Source: an uncultured candidate division Zixibacteria bacterium (lineage in GTDB: Bacteria; Zixibacteria; MSB-5A5; UBA10806; 4484-95). Taken from it: DNA of 64,000 bases. Below the pieces are notes generated by a model, which was given only the letters and a program-made list of their open reading frames with translations, was not told where the DNA came from and ran no database searches. The stretch lies in the NCBI GenBank assembly GCA_963668625.2, contig CAXXKA010000010.1:64001-128000 (forward strand), read 5' to 3'. Shown piece after piece: positions 10,265 through 20,753 of this stretch; the stretch's first letter is position 1; every line of letters starts with the position of its first letter. The translations under genes and the position numbers were made by a program.

Positions 10265-10780
10265 TTATTCAGCTGGAGGAGCTCCGGCAGCCCGGCTTTT
10301 GCTTCTTTCAATTGACTGAAGCGCCAGGTAATTATCACCGAACTTCTGCATCGCGTCGATTTCATTGTCGTACTGGTCGTAATGACGTTCCTCGTCCATT
10401 ACTAGATCCTCGAACAGCTTTTTGGTGGCGGAATCCGCATTAGCGGAGCATTCGTTGGCGAACTTATTATACAGCATTACGCTGCTTTCCTCCATCTCCT
10501 TACCTATCTCGAGCATCTTTTTGACATCGTGGATCTTATCGACTTCCTTGGCCGCGACCATCTCTACCTCGCCGCCCAGAAACAGGATTCTATCGGCCAG
10601 ACGTTCAATATGAAGCATCTCCTCGATAGCGGTTTTTTTGAACAGTCCCGCGAGCAGGTCGTAAGCTTGATCATCGCAATGGAAATGGAAATACATGTAT
10701 TGATGGACTGCCGCCAACTCATCGGCGATTGCTTTATTCAACAGTTCCTGGCTTTTTTCGTGCATGGTTTTCTCCTTCAT
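10265..10780 (-). CDS. bfr: Bacterioferritin
   Basis: ELAAVHQY, EEMLH (heme Met plus ferroxidase ligands), DEERH. Confidence 0.88.
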   Translation of the reverse strand: MKEKTMHEKSQELLNKAIADELAAVHQYMYFHFHCDDQAYDLLAGLFKKTAIEEMLHIERLADRILFLGGEVEMVAAKEVDKIHDVKKMLEIGKEMEESSVMLYNKFANECSANADSATKKLFEDLVMDEERHYDQYDNEIDAMQKFGDNYLALQSIERSKSRAAGAPPAE

Positions 10781-10800
10781 GAAATACTAAGTTAACAGCT

Positions 10801-12231
10801 CTAACCGAGTGCTTTCTTTACACCTTTAGCGTAGTCGGGGTCGGCTTTTTCAAAGTGTTTTAGTTGTCTGTCGATGATTTCCTTCGGAACACCCTCCATA
10901 GCTTCTGCGATTGCTTTATGGAGACGATCCTTCTCATCCTTCGGCATTAACCGGTACAGATTTCCCGCCTGGGTGTAATCATCATTGCCCTCGCGATGAT
11001 CGTACCGGTCGGCGTCGCCCTCGATTTTCAAAGGCGGTTCCTTGAATATATTATTTTCAACCGGGCCGTCAAAGCTATTTGGTTCATAATTTACTTCGCC
11101 ATCACCATTACCATCAAAGCGCATGTAGCCGTCTTTATGATAAGTATTTACTTCAACTTTCGGCTTGTTCACTGGTAAGCTCTCGTAATTCACACCAAGT
11201 CTGTAACGGTGGGCATCGGCATACGAGAATATGCGGAACTGGAGCATTTTATCCGGACTGTGGCTGATACCGGGGACCATGTTGGCCGGTGAAAAAGCGG
11301 CTTGCTCGATTTCGGCGAAATAATTTTCGGGATTGCGATTAAGCTCGACTACGCCGACATCGATGAGCGGGAACTCGCTATGAGGCCAGACCTTGGTTAG
11401 ATCGAACGGATTGTATGAGGTGCTTTTTGCCTGCTCCTCGGTCATGACCTGAATTTTCATGTTCCATTTCGGAAAATCGCCTTTCTCGATGGACTCGTAA
11501 AGGTCACGTTGATGGCTTTCACGGTCGCAGCCAATCAATTTGGCCGATTCCTCGCTGGTGATACATTTAATACCCTGAGCGGTTTTAAAATGGAATTTCA
11601 CCCAGAACCTATCGCCTTTATCATTAATGAGGCTGTAGGTATGGCTGCCATAACCGTTTATATTACGGTAGCTTTTGGGTAGACCCCGGTCGGAAAACAG
11701 TATTGTCACCTGATGCAAGCTTTCCGGCGATAGTGACCAGAAATCCCATTGAGCGGTGTTACTGCGAAGGTTGGTCCTGGGATCGCGCTTCTGGGTGTGA
11801 ATGAAATCCGGGAATTTGTAGGCATCACGGATGAAAAACACGGGTGTGTTATTGCCGACCAAATCCCAGTTTCCTTCCTCGGTATAGAATTTCATCGCGA
11901 AACCGCGAACATCGCGTTCGGCGTCCGCCGCGCCGCGTTCTCCGGCCACGGTTGAAAAGCGGAACAAGCACTCTGTCTTGGCGCCTTTTTGAAGAACTTT
12001 GGCTCTGGTATATTTCGAGATATCCCCGGTGATCGTGAGCGTACCGTAAGCTCCGGAGCCCTTGGCGTGAACTATACGTTCGGGAATACGCTCCCGATTG
12101 AAATGAGCGTGCTTTTCGAATAATTGCCAGTCCTGAACCAGAAGCGGTCCGCGCGGTCCGGCAGTTAATGAGTTTTGATTATCCCCGACCGGTATGCCCG
12201 CCGAGGTAGTAAGTTTCTTCTTCTTAGCCAT
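10801..12231 (-). CDS. katA: Monofunctional heme catalase (small subunit)
   Basis: [15 protein letters not shown] active site and [10 protein letters not shown] heme-ligand signature. Confidence 0.96.
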   Translation of the reverse strand: MAKKKKLTTSAGIPVGDNQNSLTAGPRGPLLVQDWQLFEKHAHFNRERIPERIVHAKGSGAYGTLTITGDISKYTRAKVLQKGAKTECLFRFSTVAGERGAADAERDVRGFAMKFYTEEGNWDLVGNNTPVFFIRDAYKFPDFIHTQKRDPRTNLRSNTAQWDFWSLSPESLHQVTILFSDRGLPKSYRNINGYGSHTYSLINDKGDRFWVKFHFKTAQGIKCITSEESAKLIGCDRESHQRDLYESIEKGDFPKWNMKIQVMTEEQAKSTSYNPFDLTKVWPHSEFPLIDVGVVELNRNPENYFAEIEQAAFSPANMVPGISHSPDKMLQFRIFSYADAHRYRLGVNYESLPVNKPKVEVNTYHKDGYMRFDGNGDGEVNYEPNSFDGPVENNIFKEPPLKIEGDADRYDHREGNDDYTQAGNLYRLMPKDEKDRLHKAIAEAMEGVPKEIIDRQLKHFEKADPDYAKGVKKALG

Positions 12232-12322
12232 TTTCTTATCTCCCTTCTTTTATCTAAAAAAAGAATTGTTCCAAGCTGCGTTGAATAACATTCATGGTTA
12301 TTCTATCTAAATATTTCTAAAG

Positions 12323-12781
12323 CTATTGTTTGCTTTTCAACTCACAATCGTGGCACAAGCCGCGTATCTCGACATGCCTCGATTCGATTTTAGACCAGCC
12401 GCTTATTACGGTCGGTAGCCTCATCTGATCGAAATCAGGCCAATAGAAATCCTCTATTTTATGACACCGGGTGCATATCAAGTGATGGTGAACCGATAAA
12501 TTTATATCAAACCGAGCCGAATTGTCAAACATCTGAACCCGTTTGATCAGGCCGTGTTTCTCAAATGTACTAATTGTACGATATACCGTATCGAGTGAAA
12601 TTGTTTTAAGACGCTCCCGTACCCGGCTGAAAACGTTTTCGGCAGTCGGATGACCAGGAAAATTAGCCATCTCCTGGAATATCTCCGTTCTTTGATGAGT
12701 CAATTTCAAACCCTTTGCCCGGCATACATGTTCGAATCCCTCCATTAACTCATCGATATTTAGCCTGTTTTTATTTGTCAT
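12323..12781 (-). CDS. perR: Fur-family regulator, PerR type
   Basis: HPTAE, TVYR, RFD...HHHLICTRC..IED, CHDC. Asp at both PerR-type regulatory-site positions; directly upstream of katA-bfr. Confidence 0.8.
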   Translation of the reverse strand: MTNKNRLNIDELMEGFEHVCRAKGLKLTHQRTEIFQEMANFPGHPTAENVFSRVRERLKTISLDTVYRTISTFEKHGLIKRVQMFDNSARFDINLSVHHHLICTRCHKIEDFYWPDFDQMRLPTVISGWSKIESRHVEIRGLCHDCELKSKQ

Positions 12782-13228
12782 CTTATTCCTATCTACAATA
12801 TAATTCCTATATAATATAAATTATGTAAATAAGGTTTGAATGTCTAGTACTTTTGGATATATTTATCATAAATATACATAGTGGGTAATAAGTAAACGGC
12901 AATAACAGCGTAACAAATGTTTTTACATTCATGTAACTGATATTATAATAATAAGTTATATGGCTAATAATACTATATAGTAATATTCTCGGTCAACAAA
13001 TCGAGAGGAAGCTATCCGGGTGCGCTTTCTCCAACTTTGAAAGAAGTACTAATTGCCTTTCTTGGGCTGGGCAACAATCAGGACAGTATTGGAGTATCTG
13101 AAAGCCTCTGAATTAACCAAACCAATAGGAGGTAACGCGGTCTATTATTGCACAATCGCCATTGTCTTCATCTGAGGTGATGAAATCATACGTTAAGCAA
13201 GGGGGATTGACCTTAAATAGCCGACCAG

Positions 13229-13873
13229 TCAATAAATTATTTGCGCTGCCCAGGTTGCTACCAGTACTACTATACCAAACGCTTTGGTGGCGGTCGGTAT
13301 AAAACCCGGTTGAGGATTGTTAAGCGTGGTGTGGATTTTCATGCCCAGCCAATAGCCGATATTTATTGTCAGAATTGAAAGCGCGGCGGCATACAGCCCG
13401 CTTGTACTGATGTAGCTGAAAAATCCCTGAATACCCCCACAGGCGGAATAGACCTCAGGCCGAAAAGCGGCGTTGAAAGACATCAGAGCGGTATACGAAC
13501 CGAGCGCGATAATGACAGCTCCGGCCGAACGCCAGGCTATATGGGAATCGAACCTGTTTCTCATCAAGCGGTACCCCAGCTCGAAAACCAGGCCGTTGAT
13601 CGTTATGGCCGCGGTTTGGGTTGCCCAACAGACATGGAAATTAGGCGCGAAAGATTTATAAAAAAGAGCCACGAACGCGATCAGTACCGCCGACATCGGG
13701 AAATCCGACAGCTTTTTAGACATGACTAAAACGAGCAAACCGAACGAGAATAAAAACGGCGACTTGTGAGGTACGCCGATAGCCACCAGCATATCCGCTC
13801 CGTAAAGCTCGAAAGCTCCCCAGAGTGAGCCGAATATCAAGACGATCAATATCTTTTCAATAATTTTATTCAT
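13229..13873 (-). CDS. Uncharacterised multi-pass membrane protein
   Basis: About 6-7 hydrophobic segments; AAGGA RBS before ATG 13873 (MNKIIEK). Confidence 0.65.
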   Translation of the reverse strand: MNKIIEKILIVLIFGSLWGAFELYGADMLVAIGVPHKSPFLFSFGLLVLVMSKKLSDFPMSAVLIAFVALFYKSFAPNFHVCWATQTAAITINGLVFELGYRLMRNRFDSHIAWRSAGAVIIALGSYTALMSFNAAFRPEVYSACGGIQGFFSYISTSGLYAAALSILTINIGYWLGMKIHTTLNNPQPGFIPTATKAFGIVVLVATWAAQIIY

Positions 13874-14061
13874 ATATCCTTCTGCATTAATCCAAGCTTT
13901 CCCTTGAGATATTAAAGAGAATAGTTTTAAGCCAATCAATTTTAAACTTCTAAAAGAAAACATAATGTAATATATTTTGTCAGGCAAGATAATTATTGTC
14001 TCGCGGATGGTTTGCTAAATGTCACAGTAAATCGAATTTACGTATTGTAAATGGGATCATC

Positions 14062-15459
14062 ATGGAACTGATCGTCAAAAACGGCAAAGTGATTACGGAA
14101 TCCGGCATAGCTCGATTGGATATCGGGATCGTAAACGGCATCATTGCTGATATCCGACCGGAACTGGATGAACGGGCGGATGAGGTTATCGATGCTAAAG
14201 GGATGCTGGTTATGCCGGGCGTTATCGATTCCCATGTGCATATGCAGTTGCCGGCGGGAGGTACTGTCTCCTCGGATGATTTTACCAATGGTACTAAAGC
14301 GGCGGCCTGCGGTGGCGTTACTACCATAGTCGATTTCGCCATTCAGGAAAAGGATCGCACTCTGGCAGAGGCTATCGCTTCAAGGCAAAAGGAAGCCGAC
14401 GGACATGTAGCAATAGACTATGCTCTTCACGCGGTACCTACTGACTGGAATACCGGTACTGCGGATGAGATAAAAAATGTCATAGGTAACGGCGTACCTA
14501 CTTTCAAGATATACATGGTGTATGCTAAGCAAGGATTAATGAGTGATGATGCGGGTTTGTTCACCGCTTTAGAACAAACCTCAAAACACGATGGCATGGT
14601 GACCGTGCACGCCGAGTCGCAAACCGTTCTCGATTTGCTTATTGATAGATATCACAAAAAAGATATGATGGCGAAATATGGTGTATATTGCCATGCTCTT
14701 TCTCGTCCCAACTATATCGAGGCCGAGGCGATATCCCGGGCGGTTACCTGGGCGGAGGCCACCGGCGGCAGGCTGTATATCGTTCATCTCTCCACGGCCG
14801 AGGGTGTTGATATTATCAAACAAGCTCGCGAGCGTGGAATATCGGTTCATGCCGAAACATGTCCGCAATATCTGCTTCTGGATGATTCGGTGTTCGGCGG
14901 ACCTGAAGGCTACCTTTATGCCTGCGCTCCGCCGGTACGGAAAAAGAATGATATCGAAAAGTTGTGGCTTGGACTCGCCGAGGGAGATATCGACGTGTTG
15001 GCTACCGATCATTGCCCGTTTACGATTGAGCAAAAATCAGCCTGGTCAGGTGATTTCACTAAAATACCCTGTGGTTTGCCCGGCGTGGAAACGCTGCTAC
15101 CGTTAATCTATACTTTTGGTGTAACAAAAGGCAGGTTTTCCGAGCAACGACTGGCGCGTTTATTGTGCTCCAATCCGGCTCGCTTGATGGGCATATATCC
15201 TAAAAAAGGAGTTTTGATGACAGGCTCGGATGCCGATATCGTGATTTTCGACCCGAACAAGAAAGCAAAACTCTCTCACAGTGATCTTCAAACGAATTGT
15301 GATTGGTCGCCGTATGAAAATTTCGAACTCACCGGTTTTCCCCGGATGACAATTAGCAGGGGTAAAATCGTATCGGAGAACGGAAAGTTTGTCGGCAGCA
15401 CCTCTCATGGCAAATTCATACGGCGTGGTAGAGTCGATTCTCCATTACATGTAAATTAG
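14062..15459 (+). CDS. hydA: Dihydropyrimidinase / hydantoinase (HydA/HyuA family)
   Basis: IDSHVH, FKIYMVY (carbamylated Lys), VHAE, VHLS, ETCPQYL, ATDHCPF. Confidence 0.92.
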   Translation: MELIVKNGKVITESGIARLDIGIVNGIIADIRPELDERADEVIDAKGMLVMPGVIDSHVHMQLPAGGTVSSDDFTNGTKAAACGGVTTIVDFAIQEKDRTLAEAIASRQKEADGHVAIDYALHAVPTDWNTGTADEIKNVIGNGVPTFKIYMVYAKQGLMSDDAGLFTALEQTSKHDGMVTVHAESQTVLDLLIDRYHKKDMMAKYGVYCHALSRPNYIEAEAISRAVTWAEATGGRLYIVHLSTAEGVDIIKQARERGISVHAETCPQYLLLDDSVFGGPEGYLYACAPPVRKKNDIEKLWLGLAEGDIDVLATDHCPFTIEQKSAWSGDFTKIPCGLPGVETLLPLIYTFGVTKGRFSEQRLARLLCSNPARLMGIYPKKGVLMTGSDADIVIFDPNKKAKLSHSDLQTNCDWSPYENFELTGFPRMTISRGKIVSENGKFVGSTSHGKFIRRGRVDSPLHVN

Positions 15460-15596
15460 CTTTTAATGCTAAATTGCCTTGCATTTGCTATACCGAATTT
15501 CGTATTTTACGCAATGCCGCAATATTTTTATAGGTTTTTATTGCCGTTAGCACGACGGTATTTTTCTGGTCTTTTAAAATATGAAAGAGATAAAAC

Positions 15597-16583
15597 ATGT
15601 CAGGTACATTGTATAACCGAGATTTCATAACCACACAGGAGTGGACCAAGGCCGAATTGGATCAGGCCGTAGAATTAGCTAAAGAGCTTAAGGACAAGAA
15701 ATATAATAAAATTCCTCACCGGCTGCTTGTCGATAAAACCGTATTTTTGTTTTTTTTCGATAAATCGACGCGGACACGTAATTCATTCGAGGCCGGTATC
15801 ACCCAACTCGGCGGACATGCTCATTTTATCGAGGCCTCAACTTCTCAGGTGGCCCATGGCGAAAGCCCGAAAGATATGGGTATCATTCTGTCATCCTATG
15901 GTGATGCAATAGCTATCCGTCATGATTTAGTGCCCGGCGAAGGCAATGCTTATATGAGAGAGGTTGCCGAGCACGCCTCGGTGCCTGTTTTCAATATGCA
16001 ATGTGATGTCGATCATCCGTTTCAAACACTGGCCGATTTGATGACTATCAAGGAACGATACGGTAACGATCTGAGCGGTTTGAAAATTGCCGTTAGCTGG
16101 GCGTACGCCCCTAGCTATGCCAAGCCGATGTCGGTACCACAGGGGCTTATCACGCTGATGACCCGCTATGGTATGGATGTCACTCTGGCACATCCGCCGG
16201 AGTTCAAACTGATGAGCGACCAGATTGAGCTGGCAAAGAACAACGCCTCGGAAAACGGCGGGAATTTCGAAATCGTAGATTCGATGGATGCCGCATTTGA
16301 AAAAGCCGATATCGTTTATCCGAAGAGCTGGGGAATCCATGAGCTTTTCGGTAATCCCGAGGAGGCATTGAAAATCGCCGGAAATTATAAGAAATGGATT
16401 TGCGATGATAAGCTAATGTCCGTAACTAAGAAGGATTCCATTTACATGCACTGCTTGCCTGCGGATCGCAATAACGAAGTAACCGACTCGGTTATCGATG
16501 GCTCGCATTCGGTGATATACCAGGAAGCGGAAAACCGCCTGCATACCTGCAAATCGGTAATGGCACTAACGATGGGTGAATGA
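15597..16583 (+). CDS. ygeW: YgeW-like knotted carbamoyltransferase
   Basis: STRTR, HPFQ, WAYAPSYAKPMSVPQG (YgeW-type), YPKSW, MHCLPAD. Confidence 0.85.
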   Translation: MSGTLYNRDFITTQEWTKAELDQAVELAKELKDKKYNKIPHRLLVDKTVFLFFFDKSTRTRNSFEAGITQLGGHAHFIEASTSQVAHGESPKDMGIILSSYGDAIAIRHDLVPGEGNAYMREVAEHASVPVFNMQCDVDHPFQTLADLMTIKERYGNDLSGLKIAVSWAYAPSYAKPMSVPQGLITLMTRYGMDVTLAHPPEFKLMSDQIELAKNNASENGGNFEIVDSMDAAFEKADIVYPKSWGIHELFGNPEEALKIAGNYKKWICDDKLMSVTKKDSIYMHCLPADRNNEVTDSVIDGSHSVIYQEAENRLHTCKSVMALTMGE

Positions 16584-17184
16584 TCGAATTAGCATGAACG
16601 AGCAAACCTCCAGGATAGCCGCCATTGTACTTGCCGCCGGCGAAGGAAGCAGAATCGGTTGCCCAAAGGCATTGATGGAATACGATGGCAAAAATTTCAC
16701 CCGCATGGTTGTGGAAAATCTTCAAGCCGCGAACTGCGAACCGATAATCGTTGTCGGTGGAGCCGAGGCCGACCGGGTTAAGAAACTCGTCGAAAGTTTG
16801 GACGTTCGATTTTCATTGAACGAGAATTGGCGCAACGGGCAATTCACCTCTCTTAAAGCGGGTGTTTCAAGTTTGAGTGAATATCATGGCGGGGTGCTGA
16901 TGGCGCTGGTCGACCATCCGTTCGTAGCGGGCGGCACCTATGAAGAGCTTATTGATATCGCCTCGAAAAATCCCGATTCGATAATAATACCAGTCATAGG
17001 AAGCAGGAGAGGTCATCCGATAGTAATTCCCGAAATCATTATTCGAGTGATAATAAAAGCGAATGAAAATGTTACTCTTCGCGACATAATAGCCAAACAT
17101 AAGGAACTGGTATTACACCATCCCGTGGAGGATGGAGGTATACTAAAGGATATCGATAGAGTAACGGATTTAGAAAGCGTGTAA
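16576..17184 (+). CDS. mocA: Molybdenum cofactor cytidylyltransferase (MocA/YgfJ family)
   Basis: LAAGEGSR.G.PK, LVDHP, GHP, DID; adjacent to xdh genes. Confidence 0.85.
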   Translation: MNDRISMNEQTSRIAAIVLAAGEGSRIGCPKALMEYDGKNFTRMVVENLQAANCEPIIVVGGAEADRVKKLVESLDVRFSLNENWRNGQFTSLKAGVSSLSEYHGGVLMALVDHPFVAGGTYEELIDIASKNPDSIIIPVIGSRRGHPIVIPEIIIRVIIKANENVTLRDIIAKHKELVLHHPVEDGGILKDIDRVTDLESV

Positions 17185-17188
17185 AGAT

Positions 17189-19435
17189 ATGAGCGTTGTC
17201 GGAAAAAGAGTGAGACGTTCGGAAAGCCCCAACCGTGTGCTTGGCGCCGGGTTGTTCGCCGATGATTTGAAATATCACGGTATGCTTCATGCTGCAATAG
17301 TACGCTCGCCGATTGCCAGGGGGAAAATCCAACACATTGATATTGATGGTATTCTGGGCAAATCCGGCGTTAAGGGCGTTTTCACCTATAAAGATATTCC
17401 CGGCGAAAATTACATCCCGGTGGTTGTCAACGACCAGCCGGCTTTAGCGGTGAGTAACGTTAACTATATCGGTGAACCGATTGCGGTAGTAGTGGCCGAT
17501 AGCAGGCGTAATGCCCGGGCCGCCGCTGCAACCGCAGAGCTGAATATCCGGAAGCTCGAACCCCTGCTTGACTTGCTAGAGGCGCGCCACCATCCTGAGA
17601 TAATTCTTTACGGCAAAGATAATATATTCAAAAAGCTACAGGTCAATCGCGGCGATACGGAAAAAGCGTTCGGCGAATGTGAGATCATCATAGAAAACGA
17701 GTACCGCACACCCTACCAGGAACACGCTTATATCGAACCACAGGCGATGATTGCCATACCAATGCCTGACGGATCGATAGAGATACGCGGTTCTATGCAG
17801 TGCCCGTTTTACGTGCGCAAGGCGGTTACGGCCGTACTGGGTCTTCCAGAAAGCAAGGTACGGGTGATTCAGACGGCCACCGGTGGAGCTTTCGGCGGCA
17901 AGGAGGATGTTCCCTCGCTTTTAGCCTGCCAGGCAGCCATACCGGCCGCTAAGCTGGGTAAACCGATCAAGCTGGTTTACGACCGAACCGAGGATATGAT
18001 ATCAATGTCTAAACGTCACCCGAGCTGGATCAGGTACAAATCGGGCGCTACTCGTGATGGCATATTAAAGGCGGTCGAAACCGAGTATGTCATAGATGGC
18101 GGTGCGTATGCTACGCTTTCGGCCGTGGTGCTGTTCCGGGGGACCGTTCATGCCGCCGGACCATATAAATGTGAGAACGTGAAAGTCGAAAGTTACGCGG
18201 TAGCTACGAATAAAGTTCCCTGCGGAGCGTTCCGTGGTTTCGGTTCGCCTCAGATATTGTTTGCCGCCGAGTCGCAGATGGATCAACTGGCGGCTGAGTT
18301 GAATCTCGACCCGGTAGAGTTCAGGCGCAGGAATCTGCTTCGACCCGGTGATAAAACGATAACCGGTCAATACCTGAAAAACAGCGTCGGTCTGGAGAAG
18401 ACATTGGATAAAACGATTCAGGTTTCCGGCTGGAGTCCCAAAATCAAAAAAGGAATAGATGAGGGTTATGGCTTCTCGACAATCTATTACGGCGTAGGTT
18501 TGGGCGCGGGCGGAAAACATCTGGCGAAAACCGGCGCGAGGGTGATAATACACGAGGACGGCTCCGTGCTGTTCAGTGTAGGTACCACCGAGATGGGGCA
18601 GGGGATGACTACGGTGCTTTCACAGATGGTGGCCGAGGAGCTGAACGTGCCTCTGGAGTGGGTAGACATGATACCCACCGATACCAGCCGCGTACCGGAT
18701 TCCGGGCCGACTGTCGCCTCCCGTTCGACCACGATGTCGGGAAATGCGCTTCGTGATGCCTGTATGAAAATAAAAAGCGTGATGTTGACCGAGGCCTCGG
18801 AGATGACCGGTGTGCCCTCGGCGAAAATAAATTTCGAGGATGCCCGGGTATTCGCTGGTGAAAAGTCCGTTCCAATAATCGATGTCATCAAATCGTGCGC
18901 TTCCAAACGTCTGCCGCTTTCTGCCGAGGGCTGGTACGTGCCGACCGCGATCGATTTCGATGAAAACACCGGCGCGGGTAATGCTTATGTGACATACGCC
19001 TGGGCAACCAACCTGGCGAAAGTCCGGGTGGACAGGCAAACCGGTGAGATATCGGTGTTGAAACTCTGGTCGGCGCATGATATCGGCAAGGCGATCAATC
19101 CTGCCCTGGCCGAGGGACAGATAGAGGGCGGAGTTCTTCAGGGGATGGGCTACGCAGTGATGGAGGATATGAACGCGGATTCCGATGGTAAGATAATCAA
19201 CAGCGAGTTTTCTACATACATTATCCCAACGGCCGAGGATCAACCGAAGATCGTGCCGATTATAGTAGAGGATCCATATCCGGACGGCCCGTTCGGTGCA
19301 AAAGGATTCGGCGAGCAACCGTTGATGGGAGTTGCTCCGGCAATCGCCAACGCCGTTTATGATGCTGTTGGTGTGCGTATTAAAGAGCTTCCGCTTACAC
19401 CGGAAAAAGTTTGGCTGGCAATGAGGCGAAAATGA
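17189..19435 (+). CDS. Xanthine dehydrogenase family molybdopterin-binding subunit 1
   Basis: QEHAYIEP, GGAFGGKED, AFRGFG, EMGQG, TVASR, KGFGE (catalytic Glu). Confidence 0.93.
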   Translation: MSVVGKRVRRSESPNRVLGAGLFADDLKYHGMLHAAIVRSPIARGKIQHIDIDGILGKSGVKGVFTYKDIPGENYIPVVVNDQPALAVSNVNYIGEPIAVVVADSRRNARAAAATAELNIRKLEPLLDLLEARHHPEIILYGKDNIFKKLQVNRGDTEKAFGECEIIIENEYRTPYQEHAYIEPQAMIAIPMPDGSIEIRGSMQCPFYVRKAVTAVLGLPESKVRVIQTATGGAFGGKEDVPSLLACQAAIPAAKLGKPIKLVYDRTEDMISMSKRHPSWIRYKSGATRDGILKAVETEYVIDGGAYATLSAVVLFRGTVHAAGPYKCENVKVESYAVATNKVPCGAFRGFGSPQILFAAESQMDQLAAELNLDPVEFRRRNLLRPGDKTITGQYLKNSVGLEKTLDKTIQVSGWSPKIKKGIDEGYGFSTIYYGVGLGAGGKHLAKTGARVIIHEDGSVLFSVGTTEMGQGMTTVLSQMVAEELNVPLEWVDMIPTDTSRVPDSGPTVASRSTTMSGNALRDACMKIKSVMLTEASEMTGVPSAKINFEDARVFAGEKSVPIIDVIKSCASKRLPLSAEGWYVPTAIDFDENTGAGNAYVTYAWATNLAKVRVDRQTGEISVLKLWSAHDIGKAINPALAEGQIEGGVLQGMGYAVMEDMNADSDGKIINSEFSTYIIPTAEDQPKIVPIIVEDPYPDGPFGAKGFGEQPLMGVAPAIANAVYDAVGVRIKELPLTPEKVWLAMRRK

Positions 19436-19902
19436 AAATAAAATTCAAATTAAATCATGAAGATGTCGAGATAGAGGCTCCGGGGGCCGAGCGTCTGATA
19501 GATATGCTCCGCGAGCGATTCGAACTGGTCGGTACCAAGGAGGGGTGCAGCAAGGGCGAATGCGGCGCCTGCACTATTCTTCTTGACGGCAAACCGGTTT
19601 GCTCGTGCTTGATGCTGGCCTCGCAGGTAATCGGGTGCGAGGTGATCACGATCGAAGGATTGGCAATCGATGGTAAAATGCATCCGGTACAGGAAGCATT
19701 CATAGAGACCGGCGCGGTGCAGTGCGGTTTCTGTTCACCTGGTTTGCTTTTGTCCTCGGCCGCGTTATTAAACGAGATACCGAATCCTGACAGACGGCAA
19801 ATCAGGCGGGCGCTATCGGGTAACCTGTGCCGATGTACCGGCTATGAGAAGATATTCGAGGCGGTGGAGATTGCCTCGCAAATGATGAGCAAAGGCAAGT
19901 GA
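19432..19902 (+). CDS. Xdh/CoxS-type 2x[2Fe-2S] subunit 1
   Basis: GCSKGECGAC, QCGFC, CRCTGY; ATGA overlap with the upstream stop. Confidence 0.93.
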   Translation: MKIKFKLNHEDVEIEAPGAERLIDMLRERFELVGTKEGCSKGECGACTILLDGKPVCSCLMLASQVIGCEVITIEGLAIDGKMHPVQEAFIETGAVQCGFCSPGLLLSSAALLNEIPNPDRRQIRRALSGNLCRCTGYEKIFEAVEIASQMMSKGK

Positions 19903-20753
19903 TCATGGTAAAGCATGATACGATTAATCCGACAAGTTTGAAAGGCGCTCTGGAAAGCCTGGCCGGTAGCAATATCATTCCGATTGCCGGCGGTACCGAT
20001 CTACTGGTGAAACTTCATGGGCAATACGATAAACCCTGGCCCTCGCTACTGGTGTTGGAAAGAGTAAAGCCGCTTCATAAGATTCAGGTAAAGAAAAACA
20101 CGGTAGCTATTGGACCACTGCTAACGTTTTCCGATATCGAACAATCAACGGAGTTGAAGAAATACGCTTTTCAATTAGCGGAGGCCGCCTCGGTAGCCGG
20201 CTCGACCCAGATCAGAAACCGGGCAACGATCGGAGGCAATGTCGCCAATGGTTCGCCATCGGGTGATTTGCTCCCGCCGCTCTACGTGCTGGGTGCGAAA
20301 CTTCGCCTGGCCTCGGTAAATGGTAGTCGTACCGTTCCTGTCGAGGACTTTTTCGAGGGACCCGGCCGGACTATCAAAAATAAAAAAGAATTGATAACCG
20401 CAATCGAGTTCGATAAATCGTATAAAGCCGGTTTTTTCAACCGTCTGGCTACACGGAAAGCGCTGGCGATCAGTAAGGTATCGGTCGCCGCTAATATATC
20501 ACTTAAAAAAAATCGAATAGAAAATATTAAAATTGCTCTGGGCGCGGTTGCTCCCACGGTTATCAGGGCATATGAAACAGAGGAATATCTAAAAGGCAAG
20601 ATGCTGAATGATGATGTTCTGGATAAAGCTATTGGTATCATAACGAGTGAAGCGAAACCTATAGATGATCTAAGATCACTTGCCGAGTATCGCAAGGAGA
20701 TGGTTGGGGTGCTGTTCAAGCGAGGTATCGAGAAATACATGCAGGTAAATTAA
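19899..20753 (+). CDS. Xdh/CoxM-type FAD subunit 1
   Basis: AGGTDL, QIRNRATIGGN, PIDDLRS. Confidence 0.92.
   Translation: MIMVKHDTINPTSLKGALESLAGSNIIPIAGGTDLLVKLHGQYDKPWPSLLVLERVKPLHKIQVKKNTVAIGPLLTFSDIEQSTELKKYAFQLAEAASVAGSTQIRNRATIGGNVANGSPSGDLLPPLYVLGAKLRLASVNGSRTVPVEDFFEGPGRTIKNKKELITAIEFDKSYKAGFFNRLATRKALAISKVSVAANISLKKNRIENIKIALGAVAPTVIRAYETEEYLKGKMLNDDVLDKAIGIITSEAKPIDDLRSLAEYRKEMVGVLFKRGIEKYMQVN

Noticed and set aside
13079-13091. CAGGACAGTATTG, an 11/13 match to the MITE inverted end
   Set aside because: No partner end, internal homology or target duplication found; may be chance or an old relic.
15543-15567. Small hairpin plus T-tract upstream of ygeW as a purine riboswitch or attenuator
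   Set aside because: The stem is only 5-6 bp and no purine-riboswitch core is visible.
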